Of a stretch of 45,237 nt of DNA, positions 1 through 9,700 are shown piece by piece. Below the pieces are notes generated by a model. It searched no databases. It saw only the letters and a list, made by a program, of their open reading frames with translations, and was not told the DNA's origin. The DNA is taken from the NCBI GenBank assembly GCA_043772635.1, contig JAYVGA010000183.1, positions 1 to 45,237 on the forward strand, read 5' to 3'. Position numbers and translations under genes: made by a program. The DNA comes from Chitinophagaceae bacterium. Its GTDB lineage: Bacteria > Bacteroidota > Bacteroidia > Chitinophagales > Chitinophagaceae. The stretch's first letter is position 1. Each line of letters starts with the position of its first letter.

Positions 1-321
1 TGTGTTTTTGTAAAACCATGTAAAGGTATTCCTGCTCCTCCGGGTTGCTGCTGTGGCCAAAAAAATGTAATCCGCCGGCGCTGCTCATTCTGCCATTTGA
101 TAAAAAACAAAGGCTTACTGTTTCACATTCCGGCAGCGTAAAGCTTATGCCATACAACTCATCAGTATATTTTGTGTCTTCAAAACTTCCCTGCGGAAAA
201 GAAGTTTCAAATAAATGATACGGCCATTTATAAATACCAACAATTCTTTTACTTCTTCTATCATTTTTGATAAAGAAGCCGCAGGATTAAACCGGCCAGA
301 GTAATGAATAGTTATACCCAT
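1..321 (-). pseudogene. 5' part of a Bacteroidota hypothetical protein gene, apparently frameshifted (or sequence error); runs off the window edge
   Basis: ATG at 321 gives MGITIHYSGRFNPAASLSKMIEEVKE, then stops after 58 aa. Adding one base near 244 restores an open protein-like frame (IVGIYKWPYHLFETSFP...PECETVSLCFLSNGRMSS...YLYMV) to position 1. Confidence 0.5.
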
Positions 322-509
322 GGTAAAATAATTTATATAAATGTACCGTTAAGAAATAAAAATTTGCCGGTTAAGTAACTATTTAATAAAAAAGATTCGA
401 AATGTATAGCAACGCTATCACGGCTTCTCTTAACAATAGTTTATCACTCCGGCTTATATCTTTTTACACGTATTTACATCTTATAAATGAGCACTATAAC
501 AGCTCCGTT

Positions 510-836
510 ATGAAAAATATAACCACCAACCAGGAAATTTTACTGCTACCCGGCACCAGTTTCTTTAAAAGAGATTGGTGTGAAAAGGATAACAGCACCC
601 ACTCAAAAAGATTATCACAGAAAGAACAGCTTATCCAGCTTTGCTGGAACGGTATGCTGCAGGAAATGCTGCCTGAAATTAATGAAACTACACCTGCCCA
701 AAAACCCCTTACTATTTGGGAAATAAATGAAACCAGTAACCTGCTGGATTTAAGACTGGGTGAATTTAATGAGTTGATGAATGACGATTGGTCTATTAAT
801 CCTTATGTTTTTATGGCAATGGCGGAGATGAATTAA
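510..836 (+). CDS. Conserved hypothetical protein (~108 aa)
   Basis: Within ORF 402..836. ATG at 510 (MKNITTNQEILL...LCWNGMLQEMLPEI...SINPY) is the more plausible start. Confidence 0.65.
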   Translation: MKNITTNQEILLLPGTSFFKRDWCEKDNSTHSKRLSQKEQLIQLCWNGMLQEMLPEINETTPAQKPLTIWEINETSNLLDLRLGEFNELMNDDWSINPYVFMAMAEMN

Positions 837-1040
837 AAAAAGCTAACTCATGGTAAGAACATTAATTCAGCTACAGGTTGTTATTATTTTATATTCTCTT
901 TACTTCCACTCAAAAGCAAAAGCATCTTTATTAAATTGTTATATTTTTATTTCATGCCTCCGGTTCCGGAAAAAATTATCCGGTCTTAAAAATTAATTAT
1001 ACCAGCATTATCCACGTTGCTCAAAAGCATTCCTAAATTA

Positions 1041-1096
1041 GTAATATAACAATAACAATTGGTTAATGTACTCCCTATGTAAAAAAACTATTTTTA
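1041..1096 (+). promoter_or_regulatory. Promoter with three 11-bp-spaced xTAAYxx boxes and a Bacteroidota -7-like element
   Basis: GTAATAT (1041), ATAACAA (1052), TTAATGT (1063), then 19 nt, then TATTTTTA (1089-1096; consensus TAnnTTTG). Confidence 0.5.
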
Positions 1097-1274
1097 CTTA
1101 GTAATTTAAACAGCTCCGCTCCCGTTTAAAACCAGTTTTTACCCACTAAAATTCTTTATCTGGTGTTATACGTTTTGCAAAAAACGGTACATGTATATTC
1201 ATTATAAATATGAATAGGGGAACTGTATTATCAGGCACTAAAAAAATAAATTTAAATTTTAAAAAACTAACTAT

Positions 1275-2384
1275 ATGAAGAATTTAATCTTTACCACTCT
1301 GTTTGTTTTGGCATTATTTTCACAAAGTTTTGGCCAGGCAGTGTTTGCAGATCCTGCAGTAAATGAAATGAGAACAGCAAGTGTTACATCTTCTCTAACC
1401 ATTAACCCGGGTCTTATTCCTGTTAATGAAGTGATTAGTTTAAAAGTACCTGTTATTAATTACAACATCACCAATAACCTTCCTTCGGGCACTTGTAAAA
1501 TTAAAATAGGCCTTGGTTCCAAAATAGAGCTCGATCCAAATTTTGATTTAAGTACTGTAAATACAAATAATTATTTTAGCTGGACCGCCATTGTTTCTGG
1601 CGGCCAGGTTCAAATTACCGGTGACCTTATTGCTCCTTTGCCTGCTAATTATTTAGACACTGTTACTTTTAATATAAAAGGTACCATAATTGGTAACTCA
1701 ACAATTACCACAAATTTTTTGGTTACCAATCATAACACTACTACCATCCTGTCTGATGAAAATGGTAATAATAACAATACATTTTTACCTTACGCTATTT
1801 CCCAGAGTGTGGTTGTTCCGGTAACATTTACCAGGCTTGCAGTACTTAAGGAAGCCTGTAACATCAATATAAACTTTGATGCTGAAAATGAAATAAATGT
1901 AAATAGATATGAAATAGAAATAAGTAAAGATGGAATTTATTTTGAAAAAAACGGAGAACTTACTGCGGCTAACAATATAAAGTACAAATTTGCTTTTGGT
2001 ATTACAGAAAGCATGAAATCGCCGCAATTGTTTATAAGAATAAAATGTGTAGATAAAGACGGTAAATTTCAATACAGCGAAATAAGAAAAGTTTCAGGAA
2101 GCTGTGATGAAAAACATGAAGCCGCAGTAATCGTTTTCCCCAATCCTGCTGCTTACGAAACCAGGCAATTTTTTATACGCAAAGCAGAAGGGTTTTTTAA
2201 TGGCAATTACAACATTTCCCTTATGGATGTAACCGGAAAGTTAATCAGTAAAAAAAGGATAAATATAAATAATGTAAAACAATTTAATTATGAAACTGGC
2301 AGCATTTCGGCAGGGCAATACATCATTAATATTTTTAACCAAAATGATGGCCGGCATACAGTGGTAAAGTGGCAAAAAAATTAA
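1275..2384 (+). CDS. T9SS type A sorting domain protein (signal peptide + shared 'domain B' + Ig-like linker + CTD)
   Basis: Signal peptide ending SFG-Q; PVTF...E.NV..YEIE.S.DG linker domain; CTD motifs VFPNPA, GQYIINI and terminal KWQKN. Confidence 0.85.
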   Translation: MKNLIFTTLFVLALFSQSFGQAVFADPAVNEMRTASVTSSLTINPGLIPVNEVISLKVPVINYNITNNLPSGTCKIKIGLGSKIELDPNFDLSTVNTNNYFSWTAIVSGGQVQITGDLIAPLPANYLDTVTFNIKGTIIGNSTITTNFLVTNHNTTTILSDENGNNNNTFLPYAISQSVVVPVTFTRLAVLKEACNININFDAENEINVNRYEIEISKDGIYFEKNGELTAANNIKYKFAFGITESMKSPQLFIRIKCVDKDGKFQYSEIRKVSGSCDEKHEAAVIVFPNPAAYETRQFFIRKAEGFFNGNYNISLMDVTGKLISKKRININNVKQFNYETGSISAGQYIINIFNQNDGRHTVVKWQKN

Positions 2385-2451
2385 TAATTTCCTGTCCTTG
2401 TTTTTCATTAAAAATAATGGCAGTCCCATATATAGATTTTAATTTGAAAGT

Positions 2452-2492
2452 AAAAAAAACTCCATCGGCTGGCAGCCAGCATGGAGTTTTTT
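2452..2492. terminator. Bidirectional intrinsic terminator
   Basis: AAAAAACTCCAT..GCTG-gcagc-CAGC-ATGGAGTTTTTT hairpin with A and T tracts on its flanks. Confidence 0.8.
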
Positions 2493-2514
2493 AGCGTTTA
2501 CACAATCAGCGATA

Positions 2515-2655
2515 TTAAAAAAAGGCTGAAATGTGCAGATAAATTTTTTGCATACAATGAAATAAATACGCATAAGTATGGTGTATCAATAACAGGAATA
2601 AGCAAAGATGTTTAAGCGTATGGGATAGCCTATACTTTGTACCAAACAATCTCAT
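2515..2655 (-). CDS. Candidate 46-aa His-rich hydrophobic small protein
   Basis: MRLFGTKYRLSHTLKHLCLFLLLIHHTYAYLFHCMQKIYLHISAFF*. A-rich initiation region, -7-like TACATTAG at 2724-2717, terminator just downstream. Confidence 0.3.
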   Translation of the reverse strand: MRLFGTKYRLSHTLKHLCLFLLLIHHTYAYLFHCMQKIYLHISAFF

Positions 2656-3165
2656 TAATTATAATTGTAGTTTTTTAATTATAGATAAATTTTAACCGGG
2701 TAAAATTTTACAAGGGCTAATGTACAGATAAGGATGATAAGTTTTACTATAACCAAACAGGATAAGCAGGTGCCGTGATGAAAAGGTTTGTGAAGTAAGC
2801 TTTTACCCTGCAGCTGCCGTAAAGGGAAAAAATGAGATTGCCATACCCGCTGCTAAAGCAAAAATTTAATACCCTATTCATATTTTTAAACATGAAGGGT
2901 TAACTGATGGAAACAGCATGCCGCATTCTTCATAACGAAAACAGATTAGGTATAAAATAAGTTATTTAGCAGGCGGGTAGTATATTATAAGGCTCAATAC
3001 TTGTAATTACATTTAGTATGCTGTAGTGAAGTTTTAGAAGTAGTAATTTTTTTTATTTGGCCTGATATGCTTTTTAAGAAAACCTTGCCCACTGCATTTT
3101 TTTGAATACAACGAAAAATAAAAAATTAATTATTTACTCTTTTTTATCATTTTCTATTAAGATAT

Positions 3166-3194
3166 AAAAAACCGCCCCAGTTAAGCTGAGGCGG
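3166..3194 (-). terminator. Intrinsic terminator after the lipoprotein gene
   Basis: Minus strand CCGCCTCAG-CTTAA-CTGGGGCGG-TTTTTT. Confidence 0.8.
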
Positions 3195-3269
3195 CATAAA
3201 TTATAATTTAATTAAAAGAAAAAAATGATCTGTAATCCTGTTCTAAATTTACCAATCAAAAATTAATTA

Positions 3270-4031
3270 TTAATATATCCTTGTTGTTTTGTAGCGGAAT
3301 CTTCCGGAACTTAAAGTATCATAACTATAAATAATAGCCGTATTAAAATCGGGCAATTGTGCAGCTCCTCCTGTATTTATGCTTACTCCGTTGCCATTAT
3401 CATAAACAAAATTGGTAACCGGGTTTCTAATTTCAATATTATACCTTGTTCCTACTTTGTTTTCATAAAATTCCGTTGTTTCATACTGGCTTAGTATAAC
3501 AGTATCTGTAGTTAATCCCGAGCCATTAAAAGATTTTTTTACTACACATTTTATTGAATCAAAAAAAGGTAAATACCCATTGGCCGCAAGTGCGGGAATG
3601 GGTTGGGGTTTAACATACTGAAATCTGATTTTGGAGTTACCCGGCAAAGGGGCTGCTTCTGCGGGGGCTTGCGGAATAGCAGGATTTTGACCACTTGAAA
3701 GTTGAACAATAGAAATTATATATGAGCCCAGTTTTAATGCAATAGTTGTATCGGTATACAGCTGATTCGTATTTGCATTAAATACTTTCAATTTTGCCAT
3801 TTTATCTGTGGTAAAAATTAAATCTTTTGTTACATCACTGCCTGTTTTAAGGCTATCAGAAATAACAACATCGTTTACTGTAATTTTAAATCTAAAACTA
3901 TCAATGGTATAAGCTGTAAACTTATATTTTGCAATAAAAGGTTCTACAACAGCATCGCCCTTTTTTGAGCAGCTTACAAAAGAAAAAACCATTAATATAA
4001 TAGCACAAACTGCTACTGTTGTTTTTCTCAT
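3270..4031 (-). CDS. Lipoprotein of unknown function (~253 aa)
   Basis: ATG at 4031: MRKTTVAVCAIILMVFSFVSC-SKKGD, a lipobox followed by a charged stretch; beta-rich body. Confidence 0.8.
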   Translation of the reverse strand: MRKTTVAVCAIILMVFSFVSCSKKGDAVVEPFIAKYKFTAYTIDSFRFKITVNDVVISDSLKTGSDVTKDLIFTTDKMAKLKVFNANTNQLYTDTTIALKLGSYIISIVQLSSGQNPAIPQAPAEAAPLPGNSKIRFQYVKPQPIPALAANGYLPFFDSIKCVVKKSFNGSGLTTDTVILSQYETTEFYENKVGTRYNIEIRNPVTNFVYDNGNGVSINTGGAAQLPDFNTAIIYSYDTLSSGRFRYKTTRIY

Positions 4032-4063
4032 TTTTTTATTTTTTGCCGGTAAAAGGATTAAAT

Positions 4064-4093
4064 AAAAAAAGAACACCTGGTAACCAGGTGCTC
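4064..4093 (-). terminator. Intrinsic terminator between the 477-aa gene and the lipoprotein gene
   Basis: Minus strand GAGCACCTGG-TTA-CCAGGTGTTC-TTTTTTT. Confidence 0.75.
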
Positions 4094-4107
4094 TTTCTTA
4101 AGGTGAA

Positions 4108-5541
4108 TTAAAGTTTTTTAAATTTTACACTTTCCTTTTTCCCTTCATTTTCAAACACCAGCAAATAATTACCTGCAGGAATTCTGCTGATGTCTATACT
4201 TGTTTGAATAGCGCCTTCTCTTATACTTTGCATAGAAATAAGAGATCCGTTAATACTGAATATTCCAATAACACTTCCCTGCTTTGCCTTTATATGGCTA
4301 ACTGCTATATTATGGCTTGCGGGGTTTGGAGAAATTAATAATTTATATGTTTGTTTACCATTAACTGTTACAATATTGCTGTAACTGTATTTACCGTCAA
4401 TATCAATCATCTTTAAACGGTAATAAGTAACACCAGGTTTTAATACATCTTCCAGTTCGTAAGTATTGTTACTTCCTTTAGCAGGTACCCTGGTGCTGAA
4501 TTTTGCAAATCCAGATCCTGTGGATGAAGATTCTACTTCAAAAAATGCTGCATTAATTTCACTTGCGGTCACCCACCGGAGCAATACTTTATTATCAGTT
4601 AAAACAGATGCTGTAAAATTAGTGAGGGAAACCGGTAATGCAGCCGGAGAGCATGTTAGTACCAGGGCAGTTAAACCTCCATTTGCATTGGAAGTATTTA
4701 ATGCTCCATAAGTTCCATCAGGAGAGGAACAGGCCCTCAATTTTTCTCCGCCTGATAATGAAAATTCTGAAATATTCTGCACACCATTTGCAAGGTTGTT
4801 GGGGATAATTGTTCCAAATGTTTTATCCTGTCCGTCTACATTATCGCCATAAAATGGAGCATACCCTTCATTGGTAGGATCTGCATTTAATGCACTTAAA
4901 TTTCTGGTACCATCACTTTCAATAAAAGTACCTGCCACCGGCCTGCCCGAACCGGTTTGATTATCGTAAAAAAACAAAAAGTTTTTGGCGGTATATTCCG
5001 GAATTGCAGTGCTCCTCAACCCTGTTCCCTGGTTAGCTGCCGAACCCCAGCCCAATACAGTAACAGGATTTGGATTAGTAAGCCTGGTTACAACTGCTGC
5101 ACCATTATTTCCATTGTTTAAAAATATTCTCCAGTACAAAAGAGTACCTGGAGTAAAGCCAATATCACTTGATGGCTCCAGAACAAACCATGAAGTAAAA
5201 CTACCCGTAGCATCAGTAACCGCAGTTTGATATCTGCCTGCTACGGAAAGGTTAGCCGATGTTACTCTTTGAAAATTACCAGACTGGTTTACTACAATAT
5301 ATGCACCTATGCCGGTATTACCGGTAGGCGCATTTCCAAATAAAGAATAAAAACGATAAGTAACATTTGGAGTTAAACCATTAACCTGCATCCTGCATGC
5401 AAATGGTACTTTTCTATCGTCCGGGGGGTTAGCACTACCCACGCCCTGTACATATTGCGGAAGATTAATTTCTGTAACAGAGGGCTGCGCAAAAACAGCA
5501 TAGGAAAATAACAAACAAGAGAGCGTTAAAATCTTCTTCAT
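4108..5541 (-). CDS. T9SS type A sorting domain protein (shared 'domain A' + LPVSL Ig-like linker + CTD)
   Basis: Signal peptide VFA-Q; LPVSLTNFTA...W.TASE.N...YYRLKMIDIDG linker; CTD ISPNPA, GNYLLV, VKFKKL. Confidence 0.85.
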   Translation of the reverse strand: MKKILTLSCLLFSYAVFAQPSVTEINLPQYVQGVGSANPPDDRKVPFACRMQVNGLTPNVTYRFYSLFGNAPTGNTGIGAYIVVNQSGNFQRVTSANLSVAGRYQTAVTDATGSFTSWFVLEPSSDIGFTPGTLLYWRIFLNNGNNGAAVVTRLTNPNPVTVLGWGSAANQGTGLRSTAIPEYTAKNFLFFYDNQTGSGRPVAGTFIESDGTRNLSALNADPTNEGYAPFYGDNVDGQDKTFGTIIPNNLANGVQNISEFSLSGGEKLRACSSPDGTYGALNTSNANGGLTALVLTCSPAALPVSLTNFTASVLTDNKVLLRWVTASEINAAFFEVESSSTGSGFAKFSTRVPAKGSNNTYELEDVLKPGVTYYRLKMIDIDGKYSYSNIVTVNGKQTYKLLISPNPASHNIAVSHIKAKQGSVIGIFSINGSLISMQSIREGAIQTSIDISRIPAGNYLLVFENEGKKESVKFKKL

Positions 5542-5634
5542 AAAAATAGATTGATAAAAGTGTAAAAAAATAAATCGTTTAAACTGCCGGATTTTTCAGG
5601 TAGATATGATATTCAAGGGATACAGTAACATGGG

Positions 5635-5690
5635 CAAATGTAAAAAAATACCGATGCCTTATTGTTACCTAATTGTAACCAATTTGTTAC
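5635..5690 (-). promoter_or_regulatory. Promoter with three 11-bp direct repeats (OmpR/PhoB-type operator layout) and a perfect -7 element
   Basis: Minus strand GTAACAA-attg-GTTACAA-ttag-GTAACAA (5690-5662), then 19 nt, then TACATTTG (5642-5635). Confidence 0.7.
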
Positions 5691-5761
5691 TTCTTTCCGT
5701 AAAAAACCTGGTGACGTTTTTATGCTTAAAAGCAAACAAAAATTTATGGAGACGAGAATAA

Positions 5762-5797
5762 AAAAAAACATGCATGAAGTATCATGCATGTTTTTTT
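5762..5797. terminator. Intrinsic terminator ending the receptor operon
   Basis: Perfect inverted repeat AAAAAAACATGCATGA-AGTA-TCATGCATGTTTTTTT. Confidence 0.8.
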
Positions 5798-5831
5798 AAA
5801 TTAGAAATACAAATAGTTACTTAAAACTATT

Positions 5832-6695
5832 TTACAATTTCTCAAACTTCAATACAGTTGATTCGGTACCATTGGCATTTAATACTTTTATCAGGTATTT
5901 GCCTGCTGCTATATTACCAAAATCATAAGTAAAAGTACTGGCCAGGTTTAATTGCAATTCTTTTGTGTGAATCACTTTTCCGGCAAGATCAAAAAGACTG
6001 ATTTGATATTTACCAATCAGTTTGCCCTGCAGCACACTAATGTTTACTGCCCTTACATCTTTGGCAGGATTAGGAAATACCCCAAGTTTAAGTTTGCCTT
6101 CTGCAACTGTAGGATCAATGATGCCTTTTTTGCCGATTTTATAACTTAAAACACTGGCATTGTTGGCACCATTCTCGTCAGACAAAATTGTAGTAGTGTT
6201 ATGGTTGCTTATTAAAAAATTAGCAGTTATGGCAGAATTACCTTCTTCCTTTACTTTAAGCCGGAAAGAAAGATTTACTGCATTTACGCTTGCCGGAAGT
6301 GTATTTATTAATTCTCCGGTTACCTGCAACTCACCACCAACTGTAGCAGAAGTCCATTTAAAATAATTACCCATACCTGCATCTTCAATATCAAACCCGG
6401 GATCTAAACCCAGCCTGGAGCCAAAGCCTATTTTTATTTTACAACTACCCGCCGGTAAAGCTTTCCCATGATTATCGCATGCTACAGGAAGCTTTAGTTT
6501 AATCAGCTGATCTGACTGCAGGTTTACGACATCAAGAAGGGAACCTGAAAAATCTGACAGCTCTATTTTCCCCAGTTTAGGATCTGCAATAACTGCTGAT
6601 CTGTCCTGGGCGGTGCCGTTTAAAGAAGCCACCAGTAACCCGGTTGCAAAGAGGCTCTTAAAACTTAGACGCTTGTTTTTTAAATTAAATTTCAT
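5832..6695 (-). CDS. T9SS type A sorting domain protein (shared 'domain B' + CTD)
   Basis: Signal peptide GTA-Q; CTD VFPNPA, GKYLIKV, LKFEKL; N-terminal domain aligns by eye with 1275..2384. Confidence 0.85.
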   Translation of the reverse strand: MKFNLKNKRLSFKSLFATGLLVASLNGTAQDRSAVIADPKLGKIELSDFSGSLLDVVNLQSDQLIKLKLPVACDNHGKALPAGSCKIKIGFGSRLGLDPGFDIEDAGMGNYFKWTSATVGGELQVTGELINTLPASVNAVNLSFRLKVKEEGNSAITANFLISNHNTTTILSDENGANNASVLSYKIGKKGIIDPTVAEGKLKLGVFPNPAKDVRAVNISVLQGKLIGKYQISLFDLAGKVIHTKELQLNLASTFTYDFGNIAAGKYLIKVLNANGTESTVLKFEKL

Positions 6696-6722
6696 AATAA
6701 ATTTTTTAAAATATTTTATAAT

Positions 6723-6749
6723 AACAAAGGGGGTGGTTACCCCTTTGTT
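6723..6749 (-). other. Intergenic stem-loop just after the stop of the 1366-aa gene (partial terminator or mRNA stabiliser)
   Basis: AACAAAGGGG-N7-CCCCTTTGTT, perfect 10-bp stem, weak U tract. Confidence 0.55.
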
Positions 6750-6755
6750 GTTTAG

Positions 6756-9700
6756 CTATTCAGCAGCAAGAACAATTGAATTCAGGTTATTGCTGAGGTT
6801 TAATTCTCCATTGGCTTTTCTTAACCTTGCACTTAATGTAAAGGTTGAAATGTTAGACGTATTACGTGTTACGGAAATAGCCACATTTACCCTTTGAAGA
6901 CAAAGAAGCGTGCCGGCATTTAAACTGTTTAAAGGATCAGTTAAAATGATAGAAACAAAAGCGGGGTTACTGTTATCAATTTTCCACCTGGAGTTATCAA
7001 GTGTATAGGTAGTAGTACCTACAGTGGTAGAAAAAATAGCAGCATTAAAATTAATAGTAAAGCCCGCAACTTTAGTAATTCTGATGGTATCTCCTACGGC
7101 AGAGTTACCACCTATTTCAGCTATGTTGTAAACAATAGTCTGCGTTGCACCAGGTGAAGTAAACAAACTTCCTGTAATATCAGAACCCAGTGTTATATCT
7201 GGTATTCCTCCCGCAGGCTGTGTTACAACTACTGCTGATGTAGTGGCCGAACAGCCATTTGCATCTGTAGTAGTGATGGTATAACTACCGGCAGCTAATC
7301 CTGTAAAAATACCAGAGTTTGCTCCGGTTGTGTTCACTGTAGGTCCTGCAATGGTATAAGAGTAAGGTAATGTACCGCCTGCTGATGCTGCAGAAACGCT
7401 TCCGTCTGTGCCACCATTACATACGTTATTGGTACTTCCCGTTGTAGCAACAGTTAATACAGCAGGTTGAAGTATTGTTACTGTAGCAGTACTGCTGCAC
7501 ACATTTGAAAGAGGAGCATCGCCTGTAGCTGTAGCGGTAATGGTATAAACACCTGGCACAAGACCAGTAGCAGCTACAACTGCGTTTGCCGAATTCCTGA
7601 TAACTACTGTAGCTCCAGGGCTGGCAACAACATTTATAATACCGTTAGCAAGCCCGTTACAGGTAACGTTTACCTGTGTAGTAGCAACGGTTACAGGTAA
7701 AGTGTATTGTAATGTAGCAGCATTGTTTTGTAAATCCTCATCCTGCAAAATGGCCAATGTATTTACAATGGTAATATTAGTGCTGATGTTAGAAGTACAT
7801 GACAAACTACCTTTCACGTTAAATACCAATGCTCCGGTAAAATCTTCCGGAATATCGGCAATTTGAGTTCCGGTGATAATTACATTGCCGGCAACTACTG
7901 TAGAGGTCCAGGCAAAATAATTACTTAATGGAGCTGTGGCAAGGTTAAAGGCAGGATCCAGAATCAATTTGCTTCCCAAGTTAACCGTCAACCTTATTGT
8001 ACCGTTTGGAACAATATTTAATTGGTTTAAGTTATAGAAAGGAATGTTGAGCTTATAAGCCGGAGCAAACAAAAGTGTGTTGGCACTTTGAGTTGCATTG
8101 GCAATAGTAGTAAAGTTCATTTGACCTACTGCCGGATCTGCAATAGTTGCAGCAGCAAATGGAGTGCAGGTAACCACCTGTTCTGTAAGACCACCGTTGG
8201 TATTAGCGGTAACAGCAGTACCAAATACACCATTGGTAGAAGTACACCTGTTTACAAAAGCACCGTCTGCTAAAGTATATTGAGTGATATTACGAATACC
8301 AGTTGCAAGATTATTAGGAATAATTGTTCCAAATGCACCTGCAACAGCATCTACATTATCTCCATAAAATGGAGCATATCCTTCATTGGTTACATCTGCA
8401 TTTAATGCACTCAGGTTTCTTGTTCCATCGCTTTCTACAAATGTGCCCGCTTCTGGTCTTCCTGTACCTGCTTCATTGTTAAAGAGCATCATAAAGTTTT
8501 TAGCGGTATAGGCAGCATTGGTAGATCTTATACCAGTTCCCTGGTTTGCAGCAGAACCAAAACCTAATACGGTAATTGGTGCAGCAGAAGTAGCACGGAT
8601 GGCCACAGCTGTACCTGGAGTAGCACTGCCATTGTTTAAGAAAACCCTTAGATAAAGTTGGGTTCCTGGAGTAAATTCAGTTTGGCTGGATGGCTCAACA
8701 ATAAACCATGCAGTGGCAGAACCACCGGCATTGGCTGTAAGTTGTCCATATCTTCCGGCAACAGCCAGTGTGGGTGAAGTTACCCTTGTAAAGTTTCCGG
8801 ATGGGGTGGCAACAATGTATGCGCCGCTTCCACCAGATCCATTCGTGGGATTGCTTACTAATAAATTATAGTAACGGTACGTAGCACCAGGGGTTAAACC
8901 ATTAATTGTCATGCGTGCGGCAAAAGGCACTTTTCTGTCGTCAGATGGTTCGCCTGAACCTACGCCCTGAACATATTTAGGTAATAATACATCGGCTACG
9001 GTTGGGCATCCTGCAGCAAGAGCAACAACAATGGTAGTTGTTGCAGTAGATCCCTGCGCATCTGTTACAGTATAAGTATAACTACCCGCAGCAGTAATAT
9101 TTTTAAGACCTGTTCCTGTATAAGGAGCAACACCTCCAGAACCAGATACAGTAACACTGCCAGTAAGCGCACAACTAAAAGCAGTTGTGATAACAGAGGA
9201 AGCTGTTAATGGGCCAGGATTAGAAAGTGTAACAGAGGAGGTAGTAACCGTACAACCTCTTGCATCTGTAACTGTAATGGTATAAGATCCGGCTGATAAA
9301 CCTGTAAATATTCCACTTGCAGAACCAGTAGTATTAACCGTAGTACCAGCAACTGTATATGCATAAGGAGTAGTACCACCGGCAGGCGTAGCTCTGATTG
9401 TACCTGTACCACCAACCACAATTATGGGAGCAGTAACCGCAATAGCCGAGGTAAGTGCTGCAGGAGCAGCGGCAACAGTTATACCTGCAGTGGTAACATT
9501 ACAATTATTTGCATCGGTAACGATGAAGGTATAGGCACCTGCACTTAAGCCAGTGAATACGCCACTTGCAGCACCAGTAGTATTTATTACAGGTCCTGTA
9601 GCAATTACATAACTGTATGGTGTGGTACCACCAGTAGCAGTAACAGTTCCTGTGGTAGATGCGCCAAAACATGCAATTGTACCAGCAACAGCAGATGCTG

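Noticed and set aside
2765-2860. Cobalamin-riboswitch-like words (AGGTGC, AAAGGGAA, GCCA)
   Set aside because: Conserved elements are not in the right order or spacing, and no gene lies downstream on that strand.
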